Source: a virus. Taken from it: a stretch of 41,253 nt of DNA. Positions 21,569 to 31,402 of this stretch are shown here, one piece after another. How positions within the stretch are numbered: the first letter of the stretch is position 1; each line of letters starts with the position of its first letter. A program made the translations under genes and the position numbers. Under the pieces are notes generated by a model. That model saw only the letters and a program-made list of their open reading frames with translations. It was not told the DNA's origin and ran no database searches. The stretch lies in IMG/VR virus record IMGVR_UViG_3300027852_000022, positions 1-41,253 of that record; one strand, 5' to 3'.

Positions 21569-22513
21569 ATGTCCTACGCTCAATTGGTGGAAGCCCACCA
21601 CAAGCTCACCTATTCCAACAACATCAAGATGGTCGCCCAGCAGATGCAGAACCCGCTGCGCGCGGCGGTGACCATGGTGCCGGCCACCGGCGAGGCGCAA
21701 GACGCCGCCGATCTGCTCGGTAAGAAGGACTACATCGAAGGCGAGGATTACTCCCGCCGCAACCCTGACAACCCGACCCCGCGCAGCCGTCGCTGGCTGA
21801 TCCGTCCGGCCGTCATCGAGGACGGTGAATACATCGACAAGGAAACCAAATTCGACGCCGCGATGGATCCCACATCGCCGCTGGTGCGCAACTCGGTAAA
21901 AACTGTTGAGCGCGGTGTGTTCGATCGCATTCTCGGCGTGAAGAAAACCAGCGCGGGATTTCAAGCTTTGGGCGGCGGCATCATGGGGCGCGCGGTCGAA
22001 GGCAAGCGTCCCGGCGGTACGCCAACTTCGCTGGCCACCGGCAACTACGTCGCTGCCGACCTCGACACCCCTGGCACGCCTCTCGGCCTCAGCCTGCTAA
22101 AAATCCGCAGCGCATGCGAAGCCATGGAACTGGAAGACTTCGGCCTCGAAATAGACGACGAAATCTACGGTCTGATCACGCCAAAGCAGAAGACTGACCT
22201 GATTAACCTCGCGATCGAGACCGGCAAAAACCTCAACCCTTTTGAGGTCAAGAATATCTCCGAGGGCAAGCCGGGTCAGCTGCTGGGTGTGAACTGGCTG
22301 TTTTCCAATCGGGTGCCGAAGGACAGCAGCGGTAACCGTCTGATCCCAATCTGGTCCAAGGAAAACGTGGTGGCGGGCGTTTGGCAGGATGTCGATGGGC
22401 AGATGTGGAATGACACGTCGGCCAAGAACCTCCCTTACATCTACACCGACGCCTACATCGACTGCGTCCGGGTGGAAGATGTGGGCGTGCGCATCATCCG
22501 CTGCGCCGAGTAA
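21569..22513 (+). CDS. Major capsid protein (314 aa)
   Basis: AAGGAGAGGG SD. Size, position and composition fit a podovirus HK97-fold coat protein. Followed by tail-tubular-like genes. Confidence 0.8.
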   Translation: MSYAQLVEAHHKLTYSNNIKMVAQQMQNPLRAAVTMVPATGEAQDAADLLGKKDYIEGEDYSRRNPDNPTPRSRRWLIRPAVIEDGEYIDKETKFDAAMDPTSPLVRNSVKTVERGVFDRILGVKKTSAGFQALGGGIMGRAVEGKRPGGTPTSLATGNYVAADLDTPGTPLGLSLLKIRSACEAMELEDFGLEIDDEIYGLITPKQKTDLINLAIETGKNLNPFEVKNISEGKPGQLLGVNWLFSNRVPKDSSGNRLIPIWSKENVVAGVWQDVDGQMWNDTSAKNLPYIYTDAYIDCVRVEDVGVRIIRCAE

Positions 22514-22581
22514 TCCTGATCCCGACTGGGCGGGATCGCCGCCCTGTCGTTTCCCCAAAATTCTGACAAAGGAAACGCAAA

Positions 22582-23040
22582 ATGGCCGTTGTCAAATCCA
22601 CCTCAGACCTGATCCACGACTATTTCGACATGGACGCCTATCCTCCCGATCCGGTGCAGGCCCGCGGCCGCCTCGTGATCGCGACCGGCACCGTAGAGAA
22701 CCTCGCCACCGACAGTGCCCTCAGCCAGTATCATTTGGTCGACCTGCCCTCCTCCTGCATTCTGCATCCCGATACCTTCTTTGACGTTGAGAACGACGGC
22801 TTTGCACAGATCGTGATTGGCACCGAGAGCGACACCGACGCTCTGGTCGATGTCGCCAAAATCAACGGCGCCATGGTTAGCCCGATCGCCAAGGGCGATG
22901 CGAACCACGGAAAGCGTCTATGGGAGGTGCTGGGGCTTGCCGCAGATCCGGGTGGCAATATCGGCATCTGGAAACACGCTGAAGACGCAGCCACTGCCGC
23001 GGGCTCGATGCCGTTCCAGATCCACTACATCACCGCCTGA
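22582..23040 (+). CDS. Hypothetical virion protein (152 aa)
   Basis: AAGGAAA SD. Lies between the capsid and adaptor genes. Confidence 0.7.
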   Translation: MAVVKSTSDLIHDYFDMDAYPPDPVQARGRLVIATGTVENLATDSALSQYHLVDLPSSCILHPDTFFDVENDGFAQIVIGTESDTDALVDVAKINGAMVSPIAKGDANHGKRLWEVLGLAADPGGNIGIWKHAEDAATAAGSMPFQIHYITA

Positions 23041-23102
23041 TCCGGCACCGCATCTGCGCGGGGCGGTTTTTGCCGCCCTGCCCCTTCTGATCGAGGCGCA
23101 GC

Positions 23103-23699
23103 ATGGCCACCCCCAACGCGACATCCACTATCGTCAGCCAAGCGTTTCGCTTCATGGAAGTGACCGCGCCGAGCTCGTTGGCGGATCAATCGACCAAGGC
23201 CACCGATGCCAATGAACAGTATCCTCTCGCGCTGAACGCCTGTCTCGAACAAGAAGATTTCAGCTTCGCGCGACGGTTTGCATTCCTCAAACTCGCCAAC
23301 ACCCCCGAAGGCGAAGTCGTTGATCCCGACCTGCCGAACTTCCATGTGCTTCCGAAGGATTGCCTGAAGCTGCGCGGTCTTCGTGAAAAGTCCATCAAGT
23401 GGCGCATCGACGGCCTTTATCTGCTGACCAACAGCGCAGCGGACGTCGCGATCCGCTACACGCGCCAAATCACAGACGAGAGCCGCCTGCCCGCCCTGTT
23501 CCAAACGGCGGTGAGCTATCAGCTCGCCATCCTTCTGGCCCCAACCTACGTCGCATCGCGCACCAAACGTGCTGACCTCGTCTCCGACGGCGCGGCCGCT
23601 CTGCGCAAAGCCATCGACAATGACGCCGTTTCTGCCAGCCATGCCCGTTGGGATGGCATGGATGAGCAGGGAGACTGGGCCAGCGAGGCGACCCGATGA
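23103..23699 (+). CDS. Tail tubular protein A / adaptor, T7 gp11-like (198 aa)
   Basis: Length close to T7 gp11 (196 aa). N-terminal pattern IVSQAFRFMEV...DANEQYPLALNACLEQEDFSFA parallels the T7 gp11 N-terminus as I remember it. Confidence 0.65.
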   Translation: MATPNATSTIVSQAFRFMEVTAPSSLADQSTKATDANEQYPLALNACLEQEDFSFARRFAFLKLANTPEGEVVDPDLPNFHVLPKDCLKLRGLREKSIKWRIDGLYLLTNSAADVAIRYTRQITDESRLPALFQTAVSYQLAILLAPTYVASRTKRADLVSDGAAALRKAIDNDAVSASHARWDGMDEQGDWASEATR

Positions 23700-25915
23700 C
23701 CCGCTCTCGCACGCCGCAATTCTCATTTTCCTCGGGTGAAATTTCACCGCTGTTGTTTTCACGGCCCGATTATCAGCGCAACCAGACGGGCCTGCGAAGC
23801 TGCAACGGCTATATCCCCTTGCGCCAAGGTGGCGCGACGCGTGGACCGGGTACGAAGTTCCTTGGCTACACGCGCTCGAACGCCAAAGCACGTCTGATCA
23901 ATTTCGAATTCGCTGAGAATGACGCTCTGACGCTTGAGTTCACCAATCTTCGGATGCGCGTCTGGCGCTATGGTGAATTGGTGATGGACGGAGCCAGCCC
24001 GTTTGAGTTGGTCACGCCATACTCGGAGGCCGTGCTGGACGACTTGTGGTGGGTGCAATCGGCGGACGTGATTTACATCGCCGACGGCGTGCAGCCGATC
24101 CAAAAGCTTTCTCGTTTTGCGCTGGACAACTGGACGATCGCACCCGCGCAGTACGACGCCGGCCCCTTCAGAGTGCAAAATCTTGATGAGGCAAAGACGA
24201 TCCAGTGCTCGGCGGCGTCAGGCAGTATCACTCTGACCGGCACTGGCAACATTTTTGATGCCAGCTGGGTTGGCGTGTTGATCCAACTGAAGCCTGTCGA
24301 CTTTACAGAGCTGCCGCTTTGGTCAGGCAATACTGCAATCAGCGTTGGCGACCTGATGCGCTTTGACGACAATATCTACGAGCTTACCGCAGGGACAAAT
24401 ACCGGCGTCAATCCCCCCATCCACGCAGAAGGCGACCAGCTGGTCGACAGCGAAAAGGGAACCCGTTGGCTGCACATCTCGGATACCTCGGGCATCGTTC
24501 GGATCACCGCAGTTAACAATGCAAATTCGGCGACGGCCGATGTCGTCAAGTCCATCCCGCAGCCCTGCATCACCTCGGCGACTTACCGATGGTCCGAGGG
24601 GGCATGGTCGGACCGTCATGGCTATCCACGCACGGTAGAGATTTTCGACCAGAGCTTCTTCGCAGCTTTCAACACTGCTGAACCGCGCGGCATATGGGCT
24701 TCGACACTAGGCGACTTTAATGATTTCGAACCAAGCATCGATGCTGATGGGGCGTTCGCCTATACGATTTCGGGCAGTGACACCCAGAACTCGGGAACTT
24801 GGTTACGCCGAGCCCGGCGTGGTATTTACATCGGGGCCTTAGGCGAGGTCATCCGCGGGTTCTCCAACGCATCAGGGCAGCGGATCGGCCCGACCACTTT
24901 TGACACGTCGGTGGAGGGCACCGACGGATCGCGCCCCGTGCGACCGATCACCCCATATGGATACCCCGTTTTTGTGACAAAGGACGGCGCACGTCTGGAA
25001 GAAATCCGATATTCTTTCGAAGAAGACGGTGGCAAGCCCGTCGAGCTCTCCCTCCCCTCTCAGCATCTTGGCGCTACCGGCTTCGAAGAGATCGTCTGGC
25101 AATCGTCGCCGCAGCGTTTGGCGTGGATCCGGCGGGGAAGCGGCGATCTGGTTGTGATGCTCTATGATCCTGACGAACAAGTTCTGGGATGGGCCCGCTG
25201 CTCGCTTGCAGGCGGTTTTGTCGAAAGTCTTTCAATTTCCAGCAGCGCAGACAGCAAAACCGATATCCTGACCATGATTGTCCGCCGCACGATCGACGGT
25301 CAGACCGTGCGCATGATCGAAGAGCAATCGGTCATTTACGGCATCATCGCCGGCTTCCAGCCTATTGCTGAAACCAATCACTTCTTCGCAGCCTCGCAGT
25401 TCACAGCCGATCCCGCCACTGACACGTTCTCTGTCCCGCATCTGGCCGGCGAAACTGTTCATGCTTGGACCGACAAAGGCGAATACGGCCCCTACCTCGT
25501 GCCTGCCTCAGGTGAAGTCGTGTTGGATGCTGCGGTAAGTCGCGCTTCAATCGGTCTGCTAGACGAAACCCATGAATTCGAATTGCTCGATATTCCGGCC
25601 CCAGCCCGGGACGGCTCCACAATTGGCAGGAAAAAGCGCTTGCACGCCGGAAGCGGGATTATCCTGCGCAAGACTGCAGCAGGCCGCGTCAGCACCATCG
25701 AGCGCAATTTTGCGCAACCCGATACCGTCAATCGTTCCGAGGAGCTGGTGCCGCTGCAAGTCGCCGCAGACCTCGTGAATGGCTACGACGGCGTGATGCG
25801 CCTCGAAGCGAACTCCGGCTATGCCGACGAAGTCAGCCTGCTGTTTAAACCCACCGGCGGTGCACCAATGACCGTCATGGCCGTGATCCCCCATGTTGAG
25901 GAGGCGAACGCCTGA
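23696..25915 (+). CDS. Tail tubular protein B / nozzle, T7 gp12-like (739 aa)
   Basis: ATGA overlap with the adaptor gene. Size and N-terminal pattern (FSSGEISPLL..R.D...Y..GL....N...L..GG..RGPG) are typical of nozzle proteins. Confidence 0.65.
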   Translation: MTRSRTPQFSFSSGEISPLLFSRPDYQRNQTGLRSCNGYIPLRQGGATRGPGTKFLGYTRSNAKARLINFEFAENDALTLEFTNLRMRVWRYGELVMDGASPFELVTPYSEAVLDDLWWVQSADVIYIADGVQPIQKLSRFALDNWTIAPAQYDAGPFRVQNLDEAKTIQCSAASGSITLTGTGNIFDASWVGVLIQLKPVDFTELPLWSGNTAISVGDLMRFDDNIYELTAGTNTGVNPPIHAEGDQLVDSEKGTRWLHISDTSGIVRITAVNNANSATADVVKSIPQPCITSATYRWSEGAWSDRHGYPRTVEIFDQSFFAAFNTAEPRGIWASTLGDFNDFEPSIDADGAFAYTISGSDTQNSGTWLRRARRGIYIGALGEVIRGFSNASGQRIGPTTFDTSVEGTDGSRPVRPITPYGYPVFVTKDGARLEEIRYSFEEDGGKPVELSLPSQHLGATGFEEIVWQSSPQRLAWIRRGSGDLVVMLYDPDEQVLGWARCSLAGGFVESLSISSSADSKTDILTMIVRRTIDGQTVRMIEEQSVIYGIIAGFQPIAETNHFFAASQFTADPATDTFSVPHLAGETVHAWTDKGEYGPYLVPASGEVVLDAAVSRASIGLLDETHEFELLDIPAPARDGSTIGRKKRLHAGSGIILRKTAAGRVSTIERNFAQPDTVNRSEELVPLQVAADLVNGYDGVMRLEANSGYADEVSLLFKPTGGAPMTVMAVIPHVEEANA

Positions 25916-26454
25916 TGTGTGATTTTATCACCCCCATGCTGGCGGCTTTCGGTGCTGGCGGAGCCACTGCCGCCGGGGCGACCGCCGGAGCTGCAACTGC
26001 CGCAACCACCGGCGCGAGCCTCGCCCAGATAGGCACGCTGCTCTCGATCGGCGGTTCTCTCTACCAAGGCTATGCCGCCAACAAAGCCGCCAAGCAAAAC
26101 GTCGCTTTGATTGAGCAGCAAAAAGAAACGGAAAAGCAACTTAATGCAGTGAAAGACCAACGCGAGCGCCTTCGTTTTGCGTCATCCATATCTAAGCAAG
26201 CCGCCGAGCTGGCCGGCCGGGGCGTGCAGCTCGACAGCCCAACGGCAGTGCTGCTCGGTCAATCCGCCGCGCAGGAAATGACGTTTCAATCACAGTCGAT
26301 CCGTTCGACCGGTCAGGCAACTCAAATGGAATTGACCGGCGAGCAGCGGTCCTTGGAGGCGCGCGGCCGCATGGCTTTGCTGCGCGGTGGTCTCTCAGCG
26401 GCAGGAACGTGGCTGAACCGGGAGCCAGATGACTGGCCGGGGCTCGCGACATGA
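25915..26454 (+). CDS. Internal virion / ejection protein, small (179 aa)
   Basis: Gly/Ala-rich hydrophobic N-terminus then coiled coil. Lies directly after the nozzle gene, as T7 gp14 does. Confidence 0.6.
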   Translation: MCDFITPMLAAFGAGGATAAGATAGAATAATTGASLAQIGTLLSIGGSLYQGYAANKAAKQNVALIEQQKETEKQLNAVKDQRERLRFASSISKQAAELAGRGVQLDSPTAVLLGQSAAQEMTFQSQSIRSTGQATQMELTGEQRSLEARGRMALLRGGLSAAGTWLNREPDDWPGLAT

Positions 26455-28601
26455 CGCTTACCGTTCCAAAAGCTGGCAGCGATGGTGGCCGTTCAGCGCG
26501 GGTTCGCGTTGAAGAGCCACAGGGTGGCGCCATGCTCGCCCAGTTCGGCGATCAGATGCGCCAAGTGGGCGAGGCGCTGGAAAACGACTACTTGTCGCGC
26601 GAGGCACAGCGGTTTCAAACTGACCTGACCGGCGAGATGAATAATCTCCGCCTTGAGGTCATGGAAATCGGGGACCCCGACCAGGCGGAAGCCGCGTGGC
26701 GTGAGGGCAGTCAGGCTTTGCGTCAAAGCTATCTCGAAGGGCAGACCGAAGATGGTCGGCCCCGCGTCAGCCCGAAGAATGCTGAGAAGTTCGGCCTTAC
26801 CTTCGATGAGCTGCACAACCGAAACGCCTTTTCTCTGGGCAAGCAAACGCTCGGCGCGCGGCAGGCGCAGCAGGAAGCGACGTTTATACGTTATGCGCAG
26901 ACTGCCACTCAACAAGGTGCGACCGCAGACCCAGACATGCGTGCCACATTGCTTGGGCAAGGCTATGAACAAGTCGATCAGATGGTGGCGGCCGGCGTCA
27001 TCGATGCTGCCGAAGGCGAGAGGCGCAAGCTCGGGCTTACCCAAGACATGGACAACGCGCGCGCGATCGAGATGGTGGCGAGCGACCCGGAGGGGTTCTT
27101 GGCGTCTAGCGGCGATGGTGATTTTGCAGGTCTGCCGGCCGATGTTCAGGCTAGGTATCGCGTGCAGGCTCAGGGCAATATTGATCGTGCCGCATCCGCT
27201 GCTCAGACGGCCGCAGAAAAGGCCGCGAAAGAACAAGAGAAAGTGGTTGGAGGGCGGCTTCAGGCGATCATCGATGTTCGCGACGGCGGCCTTAAATCTG
27301 TCGATGAACGATGGCTTGCCAGCGAAGAGGCAAAGAGCCATGACGATTACCCGAAAGCGATGGCGAAGCTGTCTCTTTCTAACGAACAGCCGCGTCTTCA
27401 GCAAATGACGCCGGTTGAACTACGCGCCTCTATCGCAGGCGAGGAAAGCCGGTCCGTTAAGCACAAATATCAAACCGAGCGTGTGCAGCTTTTGAAGGAT
27501 CGCCTGAAACTCGCAGAAACCGAACTGAGCAAAGATGCCGTGGCCTATGCGCGCGATATTGGTCTTTATGTTCCCGATCTCCCGGAGTTCGATCCAAGCG
27601 ATCCGGCCGCCTACGCCAAAGGATTGCAGGCACGCGTCAAGATGTCCGATGATCTGGTCGAGAAGGGCTATGTTCGGGATCCTGTCTATCTCGATGAAAC
27701 CGAACTTGAAGCGCTCAAAGAAGCCGCTGCCATCGAGAATGATCCGTCTGCGCGCGCATCATTGGCCTATGCACTCACGCAATCTTTGCCTGCAGGCAGC
27801 TCAGTCACGATCGCCGACCTGATTGACGATCCGGTCATGACCCATATCGGTGGGCTACAAGCTGCTGGCGGTCGAACCACTTTGGCGACAGAGGTGCTTC
27901 GCGGCCAGCAGGTCATTGAGACAGGTAACGTCAAGCTTCCCCCGATTGCTGATCGCACGAGTGCGGCCCACGTCGCGCTGCAGGGATATTTCGCGGACGA
28001 GCCTGAAGGGGAGCAAACAGAGGCGGCAATTCGGGCGTCTGCTGATGCGCTATACGCGGCACGCGTCCGGCGTACTGATCCGACGTCGGAAATTGATGAG
28101 GATATCTATCGTCAAGCGCTGCATGAAGTCATGGGCGGCACCGGAAAGTACGGGCAGAAGAATGCGAAGGGCGGGATGCAGAGCGTCAGGGGCGCTCTCA
28201 CACCGTTGCCCATGAACACCAGCGCAGACAGCGTCAATCGCGCCCTGGCGCAACTTCAGTTCGATATGGAAGGTCGTAAATCCTCTGTCTACGACAGGAT
28301 GGATGCAGAATTTGCAGCAATGGCCCAAGCTGGCGGTGCGTTGCCACCAAGGGATTTCATCGGTGGCGCCGATGCTCAGGCACGCGCCGATGCCATCTGG
28401 CAGGCAGCAAGCCGTTCTGGCGGCCAACCTGGCATCAATGGCGAGGTCATTGCGCCGGACGCGTTGGCAGACATGCACCTCAAGGCCGTCGGGCCTGATG
28501 AATACCGCCTGATGTATGACGGCCGTACGGTTGCGGATACGTTGTCTGGCCTGCCCTTCGAATTCAGCCTCACGGAAATTCTGAAGGGGTATGAGCAATG
28601 A
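26451..28601 (+). CDS. Internal virion / ejection protein (716 aa)
   Basis: Large helical protein coupled by ATGA overlaps. The position corresponds to T7 gp15. Confidence 0.6.
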   Translation: MTLTVPKAGSDGGRSARVRVEEPQGGAMLAQFGDQMRQVGEALENDYLSREAQRFQTDLTGEMNNLRLEVMEIGDPDQAEAAWREGSQALRQSYLEGQTEDGRPRVSPKNAEKFGLTFDELHNRNAFSLGKQTLGARQAQQEATFIRYAQTATQQGATADPDMRATLLGQGYEQVDQMVAAGVIDAAEGERRKLGLTQDMDNARAIEMVASDPEGFLASSGDGDFAGLPADVQARYRVQAQGNIDRAASAAQTAAEKAAKEQEKVVGGRLQAIIDVRDGGLKSVDERWLASEEAKSHDDYPKAMAKLSLSNEQPRLQQMTPVELRASIAGEESRSVKHKYQTERVQLLKDRLKLAETELSKDAVAYARDIGLYVPDLPEFDPSDPAAYAKGLQARVKMSDDLVEKGYVRDPVYLDETELEALKEAAAIENDPSARASLAYALTQSLPAGSSVTIADLIDDPVMTHIGGLQAAGGRTTLATEVLRGQQVIETGNVKLPPIADRTSAAHVALQGYFADEPEGEQTEAAIRASADALYAARVRRTDPTSEIDEDIYRQALHEVMGGTGKYGQKNAKGGMQSVRGALTPLPMNTSADSVNRALAQLQFDMEGRKSSVYDRMDAEFAAMAQAGGALPPRDFIGGADAQARADAIWQAASRSGGQPGINGEVIAPDALADMHLKAVGPDEYRLMYDGRTVADTLSGLPFEFSLTEILKGYEQ

Positions 28602-31402
28602 CATTCTTCCTCAAGAAGCGGTCAGAAGAAGAGCAACAGCAAGTCGATCAGCTGATGTTCGAAGGCACGCCCTCCTTTGGCGAACGCCTTCAAGCGCAGA
28701 CCAAAGAAACCCGCATCCGTAAGGACCTCAACGGCCAACGTGCCAAGATGGAAAAGTCGGTGGTCGAAGAGATCACCAGCCAAATTCCACCTGAGTACAT
28801 TGTCGCGCCCGATCCTGAAGCGGGCATCCCGACACCGATGCATCGCCATGACAACCTGTTCGCAAGCATTAACCGGGCTAAAGCCGCAAACCCTAAGTTT
28901 GGAAATCTGCCCGCCACGATCGAGGAACTCGACGCTGAGGTGGATCGGCGTCGCAAAGAGGAGTTGCAAGAAGCTCAGGATGTCCTTGCCCAGGCAAACG
29001 GCTTTGTGCCGGAGCTCGTGGGTGACCTCTGGGCGGAAGTCACGACCCCCGAAGGGGCGATCATGCTCGGGACCGGCCTCACCGGTCCAGCGCGCTTGGG
29101 CACAACGATGTTGGTCGAAGGGGGCTTAGCCGCGCTTGATGAAACCCGAACCCTCGCCACCCAACAGCAAGTGGCAAATGAGCTGGATATTGATCCACCG
29201 CGGCCCCTTGCCCAGGTTGGGCTTGCCGGTCTGACCGGCGCCGGTTTCGCCGGTGCTCTCGTCGGTGGTGGCCATGCACTCAGCTATGCAATCAACCGCC
29301 AGCGGACAACCGGGCTTCGTCGCCCAGCCGATGCACCGCAATTGCGATACGCGCAATCGGTAGAAGAGACTGAGACCGCGCTCTCACAGGGTAGTGACCT
29401 GCCAGATGCCACGGTTTCGCCCCCCTCAACTACTCCCCAATACATCGACACCCCGCCGGGCTGGGAGCCGATCAAGAATGGCATTTTTGCGGGGGAAAGC
29501 GGCGGAGATTACAATGCGCTCTTCGGCTATCAGAACCGCACCGGCGGCCGTTTCGCCAACGTCAAGCTGACCGAGATGACCGTTGATCAGGCGATTGCAT
29601 TTTCCAATGTGCGCGGAGAATACGGGCAATGGGTCAAAGGCCAGATCGGTCGTGTTGCAACCCCCATGGGAGCTTACCAGATTGTAGGCACCACGCTTCG
29701 TCTTGCGAAGAAGGGCCTCGGCCTGCGCGGCGACGAGCTGATGGATGAAGCGCTTCAAGATCAGCTGGGCATCTGGATTTATCGCAAGCAAGGCACGAAG
29801 GCGTGGGAAGGCTATCGCGGACCGCGCAGCACGCCGCCTGCGCCAGCAACTGGCAATGCCCCGGCGACCGACTTTGCCGGCTATGCAACAAGCCGGGGAT
29901 ATACCGCGTCAGGTCAGGTCACCGCAGGCCGAGATTTCCGCATCGATGTCGACTATGAGGTCGTTGATGCCAGTACACTGACCCGTGCAAGCGGGGATCT
30001 TCAGCCCCGCGATCGTGGGCGGGCATCGAGCGATGAACAGGTATCAGAGATTGCCTCATCGCTGGACCCTGCACGGCTGATGCCGGCGCCGGAGGCGGAT
30101 CGTGGCGCCCCGATCATCGGGACCGACAATATTGTTGAAAGCGGCAACGGCCGGGTGATGGCGATCCAGCGGGCGTTCGAGCAACATCCCGATCGAGCCG
30201 CCGCTTACATTGAGGAAATCGAAGCAGCTGGCTTCGAGGTTCCGGAAGGCGTTGAGCAACCAGTTCTCGTCGGCCGACGCCGCTCAGAGCTGACGGACAG
30301 CCAGCGCCAGAATTTCGTGCGGCAAGCAAACTTCTCTGCCACGGCCCGCATGTCGGCGACCGAACGCGCCGCGGTCGATGCGCGCAGCCTTGATGCCGAC
30401 ACGGTTGCGATGTTCGACCCGGCACAGCCGCTGACTTCGCGCGCCAATGTACAGTTTACCCAGAGGGTGTTGAATTCTCTGCCCCAAACCGAACGGAATG
30501 CCCTGGTCGATGGTGCCGGACGGCTGAACGCTGAAGGTGTCACCCGAGTTCGGCAGGCTATGTTCGCGCGCGCCTTTGATGCACCGGATATTCTGGCCCG
30601 CTTCGCAGAGGCCGATGCAGGTGATCTACGCGGGTTGATGGATGCGTTGGAAGGCGCAGCCCCGAGCTGGGCTTCCATGCGCTCAGCGGTCAAGGAGGGC
30701 CGCCTGCGCGACGATCTCGATGTCACCCCATTTCTGATGGAGGCCATGCGCACGATCGCCGACGCCCGCCGGATCGCCACAAGGGACAACAAAGCCTCTG
30801 CTCAGATGGTGGAAGAGCTGCTCGCGGACGTAGACCTGCTGGATGGGGCTCTGCCGCCCTTTACGGCCGCTCTGGTGCGTATGATGTATCCTGACGGCCG
30901 TGCCCTCCCCGCGCCCAAGATCACGGCGTTCCTAGACCGTTATGCGGCCGAGGCGCAGAAGGTGGGCAAAACCGACGCGGCGTTGTTCGATGATGCCGTG
31001 GGTGTGCTGGATATTCTCAAGACGATCGACAGCCGCGCTTTCGGTCAATTGACCGAGATCGGCACAGCCCGGATACCTGCCACGCCCCCGCGACCGGCTG
31101 ACATGCCTAGCGATGCGATCCCGGAGAATGCATTTGCCGACGGAGCGTCATCGCCTGAGATCCAAGAGGCCGATGATGTTCTGGCTGCAGGCTTCGACGA
31201 ACGTGCCCTACAGGCTGGAGGCGACCGTCAGGCGGCGGCCGACATCCGCGCCTTGGCTGAAGATGTTGCGGCCGGGGAAGACCTCGCGATCCCGATGGCC
31301 GATGGCACCACGTTTTCAACTCGGCAGGTGCTCGATGATCTCGACCAGGACGAGGCGTTGGAGACGATTATCGACCTTTGCACAATGAAAGGGGCGGCCT
31401 GA
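28598..31402 (+). CDS. Multidomain ejection protein: lytic transglycosylase/lysozyme-like domain plus ParB-like domain (934 aa)
   Basis: FAGESGGDYNALFGYQ...GAYQIVGTTL fits a lysozyme-like (SLT-type) fold with a catalytic Glu. LQPRDRGRASSDEQV...GAPIIGTDNIVESGNGRVMAIQRA looks like a ParB/Srx-fold motif. Hydrophobic Gly-rich segment near residue 215. Confidence 0.65.
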   Translation: MTFFLKKRSEEEQQQVDQLMFEGTPSFGERLQAQTKETRIRKDLNGQRAKMEKSVVEEITSQIPPEYIVAPDPEAGIPTPMHRHDNLFASINRAKAANPKFGNLPATIEELDAEVDRRRKEELQEAQDVLAQANGFVPELVGDLWAEVTTPEGAIMLGTGLTGPARLGTTMLVEGGLAALDETRTLATQQQVANELDIDPPRPLAQVGLAGLTGAGFAGALVGGGHALSYAINRQRTTGLRRPADAPQLRYAQSVEETETALSQGSDLPDATVSPPSTTPQYIDTPPGWEPIKNGIFAGESGGDYNALFGYQNRTGGRFANVKLTEMTVDQAIAFSNVRGEYGQWVKGQIGRVATPMGAYQIVGTTLRLAKKGLGLRGDELMDEALQDQLGIWIYRKQGTKAWEGYRGPRSTPPAPATGNAPATDFAGYATSRGYTASGQVTAGRDFRIDVDYEVVDASTLTRASGDLQPRDRGRASSDEQVSEIASSLDPARLMPAPEADRGAPIIGTDNIVESGNGRVMAIQRAFEQHPDRAAAYIEEIEAAGFEVPEGVEQPVLVGRRRSELTDSQRQNFVRQANFSATARMSATERAAVDARSLDADTVAMFDPAQPLTSRANVQFTQRVLNSLPQTERNALVDGAGRLNAEGVTRVRQAMFARAFDAPDILARFAEADAGDLRGLMDALEGAAPSWASMRSAVKEGRLRDDLDVTPFLMEAMRTIADARRIATRDNKASAQMVEELLADVDLLDGALPPFTAALVRMMYPDGRALPAPKITAFLDRYAAEAQKVGKTDAALFDDAVGVLDILKTIDSRAFGQLTEIGTARIPATPPRPADMPSDAIPENAFADGASSPEIQEADDVLAAGFDERALQAGGDRQAAADIRALAEDVAAGEDLAIPMADGTTFSTRQVLDDLDQDEALETIIDLCTMKGAA

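Noticed and set aside
22518-23081. Hairpins after the capsid gene (GATCCCG/CGGGATC, 22518-22537) and after 22582-23040 (GCGGGGCGG/CCGCCCTGC, 23058-23081) as terminators. Also the AACCCC…GGGGTT hairpin with a T-run at about 10859-10893.
   Set aside because: The first two lack a downstream U-tract. The third has an 18-nt loop and a 6-bp stem. They may attenuate transcription or stabilise RNA, but I cannot support calling them terminators.
14553-25930. Two virion-module proteins begin Met-Cys (MCFAPKAP at 14553, MCDFITPM at 25915), which suggested lipidation.
   Set aside because: There is no signal peptide or lipobox before the Cys, so they are not classical lipoproteins. Two occurrences could be chance. 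I mention it only as a curiosity.
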